From: Amoebidium appalachense
Lineage: Eukaryota > Protista > Ichthyosporea
DNA: 64,000 nucleotides
Assembly (NCBI GenBank): GCA_963693365.1
Contig: CAVNZM010000007.1
Span: 3,023,979 to 3,087,978, forward strand
Direction of reading: 5' to 3'
Each line of letters opens with the position of its first letter. Within the stretch, counting starts at the first letter, position 1. The position numbers and the translations under genes were made by a program. Shown here piece after piece: positions 12,660-30,136 of the stretch. Under the pieces are notes generated by a model. The model made no database searches, had not been told where the DNA came from, and was given only the letters and a program-made list of their open reading frames with translations.

Positions 12660-13174
12660 GCGCGTGTGTGCGTGCGAGAATCGGGGGGGTGGGGGGAGAG
12701 AGAGAGAGAGAGGGAGGGAGGGAGGGGGAGGTCGGTTGTTGTGATGGAAGGCTGTTATTTGTCAGGAAATGTGCCGTTCTAAGTTTCCTGTGCATGTTTG
12801 CCCTTTTCCTACCTCCCTAATTTCTCGCACAAATACAGCTGTGGGCACGAGTTCTGCTGGCTGTGCCTTGCCGACTACTCGACCATCCTTCGTCACGGCA
12901 ACCACCGCCACCAGCCCACATGCCAGTACTATGTCCACTATCAAGGGGACGAGACAGATCGAGTGAAGAAGACTGAAACGAGGTTGGCTCGGAGTCAGAG
13001 GGAGAGCGTGACGAGGGCGAAGATGATATCGAGGGAGACGGAGATGAAATATCTGAGGACGAGGAAGAAATGAACGAGGGGGCAGAAGATGAAAACGAGG
13101 TCGAGGATTCGTTTTCGGACGAAAGCGAGGGAGAGGTGGGTAGCCGGCAGAATGTGAAGAGAGGCAGACTCTAG
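9356..13174 (+). pseudogene. RBR-family (RING1-IBR-RING2, Ariadne-like) E3 ubiquitin ligase with lesions; exons 9356-9600, 10211-10306, 10800-10882, 11834-11988, 12839-13174
   Basis: RING1 CKIC..CKH..YCGEC..CPKHTC; IBR RCKNATCGSGQEH../CNACRRKSCFVHD..SC; RING2 [30 protein letters not shown] including the catalytic Cys. Frameshift in exon 3 (~10843), expected xPWHx peptide absent, acidic tail in a shifted frame (~12975). Confidence 0.8.
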
Positions 13175-13204
13175 GTCTGGGTATATTTTATGAAAATTGG
13201 ATTC

Positions 13205-13245
<41 letters not shown>

Positions 13246-13269
13246 GTGGGTGGGTTGCTGGGTGGGTGT

Positions 13270-13333
<64 letters not shown>

Positions 13334-14293
13334 CGGGGTACGCGATACATGGGTGAAGCTGTGGTGGTGGTGGTGGGCTCGAGAGCACCCATGTTTGACG
13401 CTTTCCCTTGGATCGATGCGAGTACTTAGATCTCTAGATATACCGGATTTTGGGTATCTCCAATTCAGGGTTATGCATGGGGATAGTTTCGGAGGAGTGA
13501 GCGAAACACCCCGTGCGGAGGGGTGGGGTGGGGGGGGTGGGGGGGCTGGGTGCGAGTGTGATTCATGCAATCATTCGTATATTAGTACGCGTGTTGGGTC
13601 CTTTTACACATGCATATGATCAGCTGAGATTTAAGAAATCGGCATGCAGGTAATTTTTTTTCTTTTTCTTAACTCATCACTGTTTTGAGCACGCGGCCTG
13701 CTTTATTTCCCCCGCCTTATCTGAAATTTTCCCCTCGTGCACGTGAAATTTATGGAAATGTTGTGCAACAGAATAATGATTGTGTACGCCCTCAGTGTGA
13801 AAGGGGGTGACCATATCCCCCGTCGTCTGTTACCATACTATACAGCAAAACTGACATTAAATATTGATCATGACCCCAAACTGGGACATATTTGGCCATA
13901 AGAACAAAACAATAAAATAAAATTTACACGGACTCGAACACTAATTTGTGGAGTCGATTACCAATCAAGCTACCAGCCACTGCACTGAGGAATTGGGGAG
14001 GGAAGGGGTCCGGGCGGCAGCGGTGGCCCCGGGGGAAGAGGGGGGGGGGGGGGGGGGGGGGGAGGGGGGGGGACGGCCAAGTTGAATACATCCCCGTGCT
14101 TGCATTAAAACTGCTTTGAGGGGTGGTCGTGTTGAGATAAACAGTGCCAAAAACCTACACTTACACTCGTGTCTAGGTATACGTACCGGTGTATAATGCA
14201 TGTATGTTTGTGTGTGTGTGTTGGGGAGGAAGTGGGGTGTTTTTGTGTGCAGTAGCTAAGGATCACGCCGGTACTAGGCATGTGGGGGGGAGG

Positions 14294-14345
<52 letters not shown>

Positions 14346-14546
14346 CTCATGCGCCCAGGCCCCCACCCCTGCCAAGGTACAGACACACGAACACACACTA
14401 CACACATACCCACACTCACATACGTACACCAGCTTTCTCAAGCTGGCTATTCTTTATCCTTTCACACTAAGAATATTTGCGGTCAATTTTTATCTAAGCT
14501 TCCTCGCATTCCCAGCTCTGTGCCTTTTTAGCAGCCCAGCCCAGTC

Positions 14547-14579
<33 letters not shown>

Positions 14580-14829
14580 ACCTCCCCCCACCCTCCTCCC
14601 CCCAGCATACCACATAACAAAATGAAGAGGAAAGTAACAAAGGCATAGACTAAATCAGGGAAGGACAAAATATAAATGAAGGGCCTAAAAAAAAACAAGA
14701 GTGATAACCATTTAAACATTGAAACCTACTCTACGAAAAATCAATATTTGTACTCTGTACGTCACCAAACCCTACAGACAAACCCGCACAACCGACATTC
14801 CCATTCCCCCCTCCTTCCCCCCCCCCCTT

Positions 14830-14866
<37 letters not shown>

Positions 14867-14992
14867 TTCACCTTCCCCTTCCCCCCCACCTGCCCCCCCG
14901 GCCCCCGTCCCCCCCCCCCTTCCTTCCCCACCAACCCCCCTCCTCCCCCCCCCCCCCCTTCCCCCCCATCTTTTTCTTTTTTTACCACAACC

Positions 14993-18897
<3,905 letters not shown>

Positions 18898-19171
18898 ATT
18901 TGATAAATAAAACTAGTTTTCCCTTACCAAAATATCTTCCTTCACAAAACTATAAACATTTGACTGCACTCGTTTTTTTTTTTTTTCGTTTCTCTGGGAG
19001 GCTGGTAGTGATTACGTAGTTGGAATCTGGCAAAATGCCTTGCACTAAAAAGGCTATTAGGTTACCAAAAAAGGTTATAACTGTCAGATCGCCTCCGGTG
19101 CGCGCTCCGCAAATCCGATACGTTTCCGATTTCGAAACCTCGGGAGTCCACTCAGTCCAGGCTATGCGGCT

Positions 19172-19183
19172 CGCGCATGCGCA
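19172..19183. promoter_or_regulatory. Palindromic CGCGCATGCGCA (NRF1-like motif) in the divergent intergenic region between the thioredoxin and TLC-like genes
   Basis: Exact match to YGCGCAYGCGCR ~275 bp upstream of the thioredoxin ATG. Similar words also occur by chance in the microsatellites. Confidence 0.25.
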
Positions 19184-20103
19184 TGTCGTGACAGGCGAAC
19201 AACAGGGTGTCACGAATACATGTACAAGTACACGCGTGCCACCGTGTTCAAGTACCAGGAATCAAGACAAGCCCTGAAGCACGAGCTTCCTAAAATAGAG
19301 AAAGTGTCGAAATCCTAAAAATAGTTGGCAAGGCAGTTGCATTACATAGTGTGGAATCCTGTAGAAAACCTTTAATTTCTGTGGGCGGAAAAGGGAAGAA
19401 TAAAAAAAAGAAAGAGAACTTGCAATGGGAGACCAGATGCTTCATTTGTGGGAACACACCACTCCGCCATCGAGAAGCGTCTGGATTCTTCATGATGATC
19501 TTTGCAAAGGGGGCCGTGAGCACATAAATATGCGGAAGGACTTGGCACGTACGTACTGTGCATGCACACAGTAGATTACGAAGAGCGCACCCCAGCAATG
19601 GCATTCAAGGCTACATATGCTCTACTATGCATGAGTTGTTTATAGCAGATCATGCCCCTCTCAGTTCCTCCACTTCTTCGTGTCATGATGCCACAGATTT
19701 ATAGTCACGGTAGTGAGCTAAGTGCTGCAAACTTTAGACAAAATCTACTGACTTAACTGACGTTCGATTTCAGTCCTCACTGTTTTACACAACAATACTT
19801 TATGGGTGTTCAAATAATGAGGTGTCACCACCATTCAGGGCAAATAAATCGGGAACATTTACACAGCTGAAACTCGAGCACGGTTGATATCAAATAAGGT
19901 CAATTAGAGGAATAAACTTTATTGGAAAGCAACAGACAACTTTCAAATTGTGGACGCCTCCCCCCCCCCCCCCCCCCCCCCCCCTCTCTCCCCCCATTAT
20001 TCGCGTGCAATGGTAAAGTAGTGAGTTATTGTGGGAAGCAAAGAGAACGTGAGTTATTAAAACAGACTGCTCATGCCAACGGGAACATACCTCCCCCCCC
20101 CCC

Positions 20104-20134
<31 letters not shown>

Positions 20135-20268
20135 ACACCAAAAAAATAGAAATAAAATAATAAAAATATAAATAAAAATTAATAAACTGAATCTTTTTCC
20201 TTTTTCTCTCTTTCTTCTCTTCTTCCGAATAATAGTTTTATAAACAATAAACTGATGGGAAAAAACGG

Positions 20269-21532
20269 ATGAAAATGAACGGCGCCTTGAGGTACCAGGC
20301 TGAATTCCAAAACAACGCCTCCGAATCCCAAGTGTCCCGCCACCCAACACAGCTCCAAAAAACCGGCAATGTCGTTGTTGCCATGGGGTGTTTTGGTGCC
20401 GCGGTTGCCCTGTACGCCATTCCCTTCGCAGATTTTGCCTACACCAGCATCAACTACGACACGGGACTTATTGTTCCCTTTCACTACACTTGGACCGCAA
20501 CCAACGCGTTGTTTTTTCTCCTTTCATTCTGGTTTCTGTGTAAAGCCACCCATTTTTTCCTCTTTCCTTTCAGTGACGCGTACCGGAGATTAAGCGGAAA
20601 TCACAAGGCGAACGTTTTGACGTACGTGGTGGTGATGGTCGTGTCGACGGTACTGTTTGAACACCTCGTTTATGTCATGTGGCAGGTGGCTGTGATCGAG
20701 GTTGGGGCCCTGGCGGAGTGCAACAACCAATCAGCCAACGCCTTTCTGTAAGTCCCCACGTGCACACGACACACAGTTAAATCATTCATTTTAAACAGAG
20801 CTTTTTGATCCCCCCTCCCCCTTCTCTCCCCCCCCCCCCCCCCCCAAAAAAAAGGGGGGGGGGGGGGGGGGTGTGATCGTCGTTTAAACTTTCATCCGTG
20901 TTTTCCTTTTTTATCACGTCTTGTTCTACACCGTTGATTGTGTGTGGGAATATGTGTTGTTCATCTCAGTGATTGGCACACTTTTAGGGATTGTCAAACG
21001 AATATTTGATCCCTCCCTTATCACCCTCCCCTCTTCCCCACACACACCCCCTCCACCGAAACTGATTTAGGCAGACCCGCTAGGTGATTTTTTCACAGCA
21101 CACTTTTGTCTCCCCTTCCCCCCCCCCCCCCTTCTTTTTTTGCCCCCCTCCCCCCCCCTCCCCCCCCCCCCCCCCCCTCCCCCCCCCCCCCCCCCCCCCC
21201 CCCACAAACACATTACTTTAAAAAAAAAGAAACTTTGAGAAAGAAAAAAGGAAAGGACGTAACTGCCAAAAATGGAGAAGGAAAAGCTAAAAAAAAGTCA
21301 CCACACCCACCAACCACTTGCTTCAAACCCACACCCCTTGCTTCCTGAGAACCTCGCATACTCATTCGCCACAGTTCGTACGTCCTACTAGGAAGTTCCG
21401 GGTCAAGTATATTCCTCATTTCTCCGCCCGCTGAACCCCTACTTATCTCTTCACGTTCCTCAAACCTGGTTTCACACATAATGGGGCACTGAATTAAGGT
21501 GTGTACCACCCCCCCCCCCCAAAAAAAAAAAA

Positions 21533-21614
<82 letters not shown>

Positions 21615-22462
21615 ACCACCACCACCACCACCACCACCACCACCACCACCATCACTAACACAATCTCAGCTCCCCCCCCCTCCCCCCCCCCCCCCCCCCC
21701 CCCTTCCCCGGGCCCTCGCCAAACAAACACACACAACACGACCACCACAATTCTTCCCTCCACCCCCCCCCCCCCCTCCGCCCCCCCTTCTTCCCCCCTC
21801 CCCCTCCCCCTTTCTCCGCACACCATCACCACCACTACCACCAACACATACAACCCCCCCCCCCCCACACACACACACAAATACACACAAATACACACCT
21901 CAGGAGCTGCTACACAGGATGGGAGGGCCCCATTCTCCTTCTACTTGCAGCACTGAGTGTTCTCTTCTGCTTCGAGTTATCCGTCAGGCAGGCAACCATG
22001 CGATTCTCATTGGTCATCCACCACCTAGCCACGATCGGATTGGTGCTTTTCACTACCTGTGCCGTGATTGGTCCGTCGCTGGGGGGGGCAAAAGTACTGC
22101 ACACGGCCGATATTACTCTGGTGATGATTCAGGTACTTTTTTAAAATACAGCCCATTCACCCTTTGCCCCTCCCGCCTCCCCGGACCCCCCTTCTCCCCC
22201 CTTCTCCCCCTGTCTCTCTCTCACTCTATCCCTTCGCCCGCTCCCCCCCCCCCCCTTTTCACCACACCATGATTCAGTGAACATACAGGAGGTATCTATA
22301 AGATCGGGTTGTGAGGAGATGTAGAGAGAGAAGGGGATGCAAGGGCTGGGTGGGGTGGGCACTGTGAGGTGGTCGTGGGTGGTTTGGGAGACTTATGGGA
22401 AAAACATGGCTGCCAGTGGGTCACCGAGGGAGGACGACGGGGGAGGGAGGGGAGGGGAAGGG

Positions 22463-22493
<31 letters not shown>

Positions 22494-23762
22494 AGGGGGG
22501 GGGGATGGGTAAAGAAAAAACAGATGCCCCTCGATTTTGGGGAGTGCGGGAGGTATTGACAGTGGGAACGGGGGACCGGGCGCCCCGGGGGAAAAGGGGG
22601 GAGGGGGGAGGGGGGTGAAGGGTGGGAGGGGGTGGGGGAGTGGGGGTTTGGGGGAGGGTGTGTGTGTGTGTGTTGGGGGGGGGGGGGGGGGGGGGAAGGC
22701 ATGGTCGGACACCAAGGGAAATAGCAAAAAATGCCCCACTGGTCACGAAAGAGAGCGGACACTAGGAGGTCATATACAAGGCGAAGAGGGTGTGGTTCAT
22801 TTGGGGGTGGTGGTGGTGGGGGAGGACACGGCGGTTAAGGAGGGGTATTTGGGGGTAGACGGGGGAGGAAAATGGGGCCTGTTTATCTCTTTGTGCCTTC
22901 CTAGACACAGGCCCACGAAAGGGGCAAACTGTTGCCGCAAACAAAGAGCTACTCCCATATATAGTCTATTGTGTTAATGTTTGGTCGGTGCATGGAGAGC
23001 TCTAGAATTCTAACTTGGTAACTATTGCTTACATTCCATCGGTGACAGGCTCTTCATGCAAATTTCGAACAGCCCACCTTTATTGGCCTTCTGCTCTACC
23101 GCTTGCTCTCATCCAATCAGATGACAGCAAAAGCACGTGCCATGCTTGTGTCCTGGGTGTGGTTTTTGGCATCAAAGGCAGCCTTTCAGGTGATCAAATC
23201 CCTCACACCCCCCCCCCCCCTCTCCCCCTCTCCCCCCTCCCCCCTCTCCCCCCCCCCCCAACCACACGCACACACACCCGGCCCTTTTCCACATTTTCCG
23301 CGCCTCCCTCTAACCCCCCCACCCCCCCCCCCCCCCCTGCCCCTGGCCTCACATCCCCCCCCCTCCTCCCCCCTCCCCCCCCCCCCCCCATCCCCTCCTT
23401 CCCCCCGTCCCCCCCCCCCCCCCCCTATACACACACATGCGCGCACGTACATGTGCTGACGCTTCCATGACCTCCAAACCTTATGATTTCGTATGTCAGC
23501 ATCGTTCGGCCTATAGTCGTATAAAGACCTGTAAGTTATACAAACACCTAATATAGCGGTATGTAGATCTTTAGTCCTATGTTTACCCTATGGGCATGCT
23601 GGACACTATATATATTGTCACAGATCATCAGAATCTCATTAATGTTACGAATAATCCCCCCCCCCCCCTTTTTAAAAAAACCAAAAAAAAACCATTGTTC
23701 CTTTCCGCACCCGGCCTTCACACTGTAGAAATGTAGAGCTCTTTGAAGCAAACGTGGTTGTT

Positions 23763-23797
<35 letters not shown>

Positions 23798-24312
23798 CAG
23801 GCGGTTAAAATGGGATGAAAGCATCGTGGCGCAGAGGGGAGGAAGGGGGGGGGGGGGGGGGGGGGGGGGAAGAGAGAGCGGGAGGGAGGGGGAGCGCGGA
23901 GGAGGGGGGAGGAAGAAGGGGAAAAGGGGGTTCTGGAGGAAAGAATCTGTTATAGTTTAGTGTAAAACGAAATGCAGCATCAAGGGACACGTGGGAAGAC
24001 AGATTGCAATTTTGTTTTCCTCTTTTTTTTTTTTTTTTTGTCCGGATAAATTCTGTAGCTGTATCAAAAATTTCCATACTGTGAAAAATTACACCTGATC
24101 GAAGTTTCAAATTCCACCAGGGTCTTGCGGTGTGGTACTACGCTGCCCATTTTGGTTCTACCAGTAGCATCATGCGTGTGGCCTATCCTATTTTCGTTGG
24201 TTTGATATTATCGGCCGAGATATACAGGTGCGTGGCCCAGTATGGACTGTGGCGGAAAATCTGCAGCGAAATTCCAGAAAACCATCACAACAATACGGCT
24301 TTGGCTGCATAA
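20269..24312 (+). CDS. Multipass membrane protein, TLC (TRAM/LAG1/CLN8)-like, ~346 aa; exons 20269-20747, 21904-22132, 23049-23189, 24121-24312
   Basis: Four phase-consistent GT-AG exons; several hydrophobic segments; LVIHH motif and FEQPTF..LLLYRL resembling the TLC HH and E-x-(S/P)-T motifs. Confidence 0.75.
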
Positions 24313-25107
24313 TAGCAAATAGAGACCTTATTTTATTTTATTTTATTTTATTTTTTGTTTTTGAAGTCAAGAAAAATAATGAGGTGATTTTTCTTTTCCT
24401 TGTTTTAAAACTATTGATTGCCAAGACCGACGGTGTTTCAAATAGGAGGTTCGAATCGCGATGTTGTTAAATTGGGTTGAAAAATCAACTTTCACTATGG
24501 GTCTAAGACTAAGATTTTTAGACTGTGATTGGGAACGATCGCGATTAAATCATTGCTCACATGTCACACATATCAAACAGGAAAGAAACAACTGAAAAAT
24601 TCCTACGTGCAGGCTGAGGAAACCTAAGATTGAACACATTGTCAATAGAAGAGCTCCTTTTGTTCCGCGGCCGCTTTGGGTTTTGCGATCTGACTGATTA
24701 AAGGGTTAGCCGGGTATGTGCCGTCCAATATGACCCATCTACATTTCGGGCTGTTGTTTTTGTTATTATTACTAAGTTATTATTATTATTATTATCTCGT
24801 TTTGTTGCCGGAGGGACTCTCCAGGTGCCCTTGAAGGAACTACCGTCTTCCACACAGCACCGACTGTACCCTAATCAGGGTGCTAAAGGTGCAGAAAGCA
24901 AATAAGCTACTACTTTTAGGGCTGTGATCAGGTACTTTCTGAGTGTACGCCCACAGTAAAGTGGGATGACAATTCGATGATCTTGCAGAATGTATATACC
25001 CTTTTCGTTCTCTACTAATCACCAGTCATACACGTTTTAAACTTTAGAGCATGCAGCAAGCAATGGCACGTTGGATTAATACGTGCCGTTTCATCGGTGC
25101 CAGCTCA

Positions 25108-25140
<33 letters not shown>

Positions 25141-25217
25141 CCGGGCACCACAGTGTACCCCCCCCCCCCCCTCCTCTCCCCCCCCCCCCCCCCCGCCCCC
25201 CCTCCCCCCCCCCCCCC

Positions 25218-25295
<78 letters not shown>

Positions 25296-25507
25296 CAGCC
25301 GATTGGAGGTCTTATCACTTAAGCTTAATAATTAATCCCTACGTATTCCTACTACCCGCTGCAGACTGCAGTTTTCCAGCAAGCCACCCCTACGTAGCCG
25401 TAGCGGCTAAACCCGGGGTCATGTGAGTGCGCTATATATAACGAGTACGATCTGGGTATAACAGTAACACAGTGGTGTGTGCCGCACACGCCACAGACGC
25501 GAGCACA

Positions 25508-25576
<69 letters not shown>

Positions 25577-25600
25577 TCATATTTCCGTGCGTGTGCGTGC

Positions 25601-25651
<51 letters not shown>

Positions 25652-26484
25652 ACCGTGTGTGTGTGTGTGTGTGTCGCTGTCTGTGTGTGTGTGTGTGCGG
25701 GTGCGCATGCGGTTACGGACATGTAGGGACACACACATGTGACATAAGGTTTCCAGGGCCTAAGTTCTGAGCTTGTGTCTTGACCTATCACTGCAGCTCA
25801 TTCAAGTCAACTCTCAGGCTGTCACGGTGGTGCTACACTAGTAGACGAAGTTTATGGTACTGAGTATGGCTTGGTACGTGACCCACCCTCGAATAAAAAG
25901 TATCGGGGATCACAAGTCTTCTCAAAGAACGAGAAAACTTCAGGTGACATTAAGTTTTTTAGGCGATGTCCACGTTTGCGCACAACCGTTGTTGATGTGC
26001 GCTTGTATACAGGATACACGTGACTCTTGGATGATATGCAGTGTCTGAGACTGTCGTATTGTTATTAGTAATACATAGAACATATCAAATTAGCTTCTGG
26101 CACACTTGCCATCATAGTAGTACATTATCTTGTTGCTTAACTGACTTGCTACTACACTTTAGTTATCTGCATACTCTGTACACATTCCAAGTTGCTGCAT
26201 GAATTTAAACCAATGTCGAGTGACCTGTACTATCAACATTTTTCAAAAACTGCAGAACGTGCTGTCTATGAGGATCGAAACCTTTCTTTCCGTTGGCAAA
26301 CATCAGCCAAGGAGATATTTCTCGTGCCCTTTCTTCCACACCGCACTAGTAGTACAAAATTCACACTTTCAACACACAAGAGTCTGTAACATAGGTGTAT
26401 GGCCGCATGTCGAACGATCATTATCAGTGCCGGATATGTCAATTTTTAAATTAGTAAAAAAAAAATAAAAAAAAAGAAACCCAC

Positions 26485-27657
26485 TCAAAATCGTTGGATG
26501 CGCCCCACCTTCACCATCTTTTTGAACGCATACGTGCGCCGTCTGTGTTCGTTTCTCTTCTCGCGGTCCGACGGATATTTGTACTGCAACCCGTGCCTAT
26601 TGCACAGAGTACCCGCCCCAAGTGGCCCATGCCTCCACTGTGTCTTGTCCTTTTCCGTAAGCGGGCAGCCCCCCGGACCATCCCACATGCACTTGCGCGG
26701 CTTTCTCCGGCTCTTTGTCTTTGGAACTTCCTGAGCTTTCGCTGACATTAAGTTTGTTGGTTTGTGTTTTTTCTCCAAGGCGGGGGCGGGAAGTAGTTGG
26801 GCGGGCGTAGTGGATTCATTATTGGCCACTTCAACATTCGGGGTGACCTTTGACGGAAGGTTGATTAAGGGTGGTAGTTGTGCATGCGTGACGGTCATCG
26901 AGGAAGACGTGGAAGTCAGTGTGTGCGATTCAACTGGAACGCTCATGGAAAATTCCGACGTCGGGCTGTCGAAAAACCCCCACTGCTCGTGGCTGCTGGC
27001 AGTGGAGCCAACCGGTGAACTTGGGGTACTGCATGTTGTAGAGCCCCCCCCGATGTAACTTTCAGAGCTGCTGCCGCTGTACGTATTTACGAGAAGGCAT
27101 GATAGTGTTGTTGCAGTTTCGCAGAATAACGCGTCGATTTGGTGTCGCGGGCTTGGGGTGGAGATGGGGGTGGGGGCCAGAGTGTTGGTAGAGCAGGAGT
27201 CGAAGAAGTCAAACGGGTGGACGGGTGTTACATCGCTGGAGCTGGCGCTGTTGATAACAGGGAGGGAAACGAGAGAACTTGGAAAATCCTGCATGCTAGA
27301 CCCGTTCCAGTATTCCGAAGAACATGTGCTTGCAGTCGATGCCCGTCTGCTGTGTGTTTCTTGCACTCTTCTTGGTACGGAGGCGACGGAAAACATGGAC
27401 GTGTCGGAGGCATCGCGGCGATATGGGTGGAACGAAAACACAGACCGTTCTTTGGAATAAAGATGATTTTTGGCGGAATATATGTCTGAATTCTGGCTGT
27501 GATTGTAGTCGTGAGAGTCCATAGGGGCGTGGGAGTTAGTTTGACCTATGGCCTGAATGATACGGTCCCAGTTAGGTGCCTGAAGCAACGCTTTAATCTC
27601 CGTGCGGAGCGCTGCATCTTCCAGGAAATCAACACTTAGTAGAGAATTCGAAGCCAT
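26485..27657 (-). CDS. Intronless Ser/Thr/Pro-rich protein (390 aa) with C-terminal atypical GATA-like finger (C-x7-C-x20-C-x2-H); paralog of 2383-4305
   Basis: CMWDGPGGC...TQWRHGPLGAGTLCNRHGLQYKYPSDREKRNEHRRRTY at 26530-26691, about 40/55 identical to the gene 1 finger. GC boxes and ttataa at ~27795-27841 upstream. Confidence 0.88.
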   Translation of the reverse strand: MASNSLLSVDFLEDAALRTEIKALLQAPNWDRIIQAIGQTNSHAPMDSHDYNHSQNSDIYSAKNHLYSKERSVFSFHPYRRDASDTSMFSVASVPRRVQETHSRRASTASTCSSEYWNGSSMQDFPSSLVSLPVINSASSSDVTPVHPFDFFDSCSTNTLAPTPISTPSPRHQIDALFCETATTLSCLLVNTYSGSSSESYIGGGSTTCSTPSSPVGSTASSHEQWGFFDSPTSEFSMSVPVESHTLTSTSSSMTVTHAQLPPLINLPSKVTPNVEVANNESTTPAQLLPAPALEKKHKPTNLMSAKAQEVPKTKSRRKPRKCMWDGPGGCPLTEKDKTQWRHGPLGAGTLCNRHGLQYKYPSDREKRNEHRRRTYAFKKMVKVGRIQRF

Positions 27658-29158
27658 TTTCTCTGTCTGTTCTAGATGCTACTTACTAATACATATTACT
27701 ACAGTCGAGAGGTAGAAAAAAGCAGAGAAACAAAGTGGCGTGTTCACACGCACGTTGTGGCAGATTCAGTGCTTTGTCAAGCTTTGCTGATCTTTGGGGC
27801 GGGGAGTGGCTGAAGGGGCGGAAGGGGCGGAAGCTTATAAGTTGCCATTCGACTTTCGCATTGGCTATCATTGGGAGGAGGGTAAAAGAATCTGATCTGC
27901 CCGAGCTTGGGATTGCGATAGCGATAGAGAGGTCACGCGTAACTCACACGCGATCGCGGTAAGATGAAGAGAATATCTAAATGATAGCCAAAGTTTTTGC
28001 TATATATTCGAATGAAACGTTGATAAAATGATTATGATGCCGTAATATACTGCCTTGCCTTATAAAAGGGACCTCTTCCATCATGTTGACGCTGCGGTTG
28101 GCGGAAATTCCATTTCAATCTTCAATATGATTGGATGATCTAAATAACTGAGTACCGTAGGTAACAGTTGAAAGTTTATCATATTCGAATTCACACACAA
28201 AACCCGGGGCACAGAAGCACGTCCGCACGCACACACACGCACAACTTGTGACATACTGTGTGGCACACACACAAAACAAAAAATGTGTGTCTATGTGTAT
28301 GTGGACTGTGTGTGTACGCGTACAACGTCATGACCCATTTGTCTGGCCACGGAGACAGGTCTACATGTACGCGCCAGATACGCATGTGTATGCTGTGGAT
28401 ACACATCAGACTGATCAGTGCGATAGAATAGGTATTTGTGCATCCGTCAGGTACCTATGGCACATGTTATGGCCAACCGCCGTAATACATACAATCGCAT
28501 CACTAAATGGGCTATATTACCTTATTATTAGCTGATAGCATGTGCACGGCAAAGGCTCGAGCAACGTTGTTTTATTTCATTTACTACCCTGACCATGCAC
28601 AAATTTATAGAAATTGGGTTTGAGCCAATACTTCGGTCATCTTCGAAGCCTGCCGCCCTTTCCCTTTACTTCTTTTGACTTGGTGTGTGAAAAGGCGGCT
28701 GTTGAGACATACATAATGCCCAAATCCGGCGTGCGGGTACTTATGACACAGGGTACACGAACGTACGCCCAGTTTCCCGCGCGCAGATCTAGAGGATTGC
28801 AGCTATGATTGGTTGATTACGATCGATCTGTTTTGCACCGCTCTAGATAACCTATGCGATTGGTTTACACAAAAGGAGGCCGAGGATCCTGGTTCGAACC
28901 TCTTTTGGTCAAATGTGAACGGTGATCTAGATCCAAGCTGTCCAACCACACACAACGCCAAAAGCACGTGCTGTCGGCCATTGCCAGCATAATATCCATG
29001 CAGGAGCTCGTCCCAAGCTTGGGTGCAAAATGATGGTGGTTGCGTGGTGGTGGTGGGCCACGGTGGGTGGGGGTAGGGTACGTACGTGGGGTGGGGTGGG
29101 GTGGGGTGGGGTGGGTGGGTGGGTGGGTGGGTGGGTGGGTGGTGGTGGTGGTGGTGGT

Positions 29159-29214
<56 letters not shown>

Positions 29215-29229
29215 TCTGCCGCAGTGATC

Positions 29230-29604
29230 GAGGGGCGCGAAAGTTCGAATAATGAGGTGGGGTGTGTTTGTGTGTGAGGGAAGGGGGGCGGGGGAAGCCT
29301 CCGGGTGGGGGCGAGGGGGGGGGGGGGGGGGTTGGGGGAAGGGGGGGGGGAGGGGGGGGGGGGAAAGGGGAGCCTTTTTTTTTGGGGGGGGGGGGGGGGG
29401 GAGGGGGGGGAGGGGGGGGGGGGGGGGCAGAGGGGGGGGGGGGGGGGGGGGGGGTCCGGAGGGGAAGCTTCGGAGGATGGTGTGCTCGAAGCAAGATTTT
29501 GGTCAAAATATCATGACATGATATTCTTATATTAACACCTGTGCATATACGCGGCTATGAAGTACAGGTAGAGGCGCCGCGGAAAGTTCGAATACTGAGG
29601 TGGG

Positions 29605-29701
<97 letters not shown>

Positions 29702-29905
29702 GGGGGAAGGGGTGTTTGGGGGAGGGGGGGGGGGGGAGGGGTGTTGGGGGGGGGGGGGAGGGGGGTTTCGGGCGGTGAGGGGGGAGCCTTTTTTGGGGGG
29801 GCGGGGGGGGGGGGGGAAGGGGGGGGGGGGGGGGGGGGGGGAGGGGAGCGTGGGGGGGGGGGGGGGGGGGGGGGGGAGGGGGGGTTCGGAGGGGAATTCG
29901 AAGAG
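29230..29905. repeat. Degenerate tandem duplication of a G-rich unit
   Basis: gaaagttcgaata(a/c)tgaggtgggg at ~29239 and ~29582; ggggagccttttt at ~29367 and ~29781; gg(t/c)cggagggga at ~29453 and ~29883. Confidence 0.7.
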
Positions 29906-30057
29906 AACATTTGCACCATTAATACAACTAGTAATCATGATCATGCATATGTGAATATTGTACGGATATGTCATGTAGTAGTAACCATTTCTGGCTCCTA
30001 AATTTCACATAAGGTGGCAGGAGCTGGTGGTAGCATTCGATCCCTTATAAACAACGA

Positions 30058-30136
<79 letters not shown>

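Noticed and set aside
25062-25090. Short hairpin ggcacgt-N9-acgtgcc as a terminator or ncRNA
   Set aside because: Too short to exceed chance, with no supporting context.
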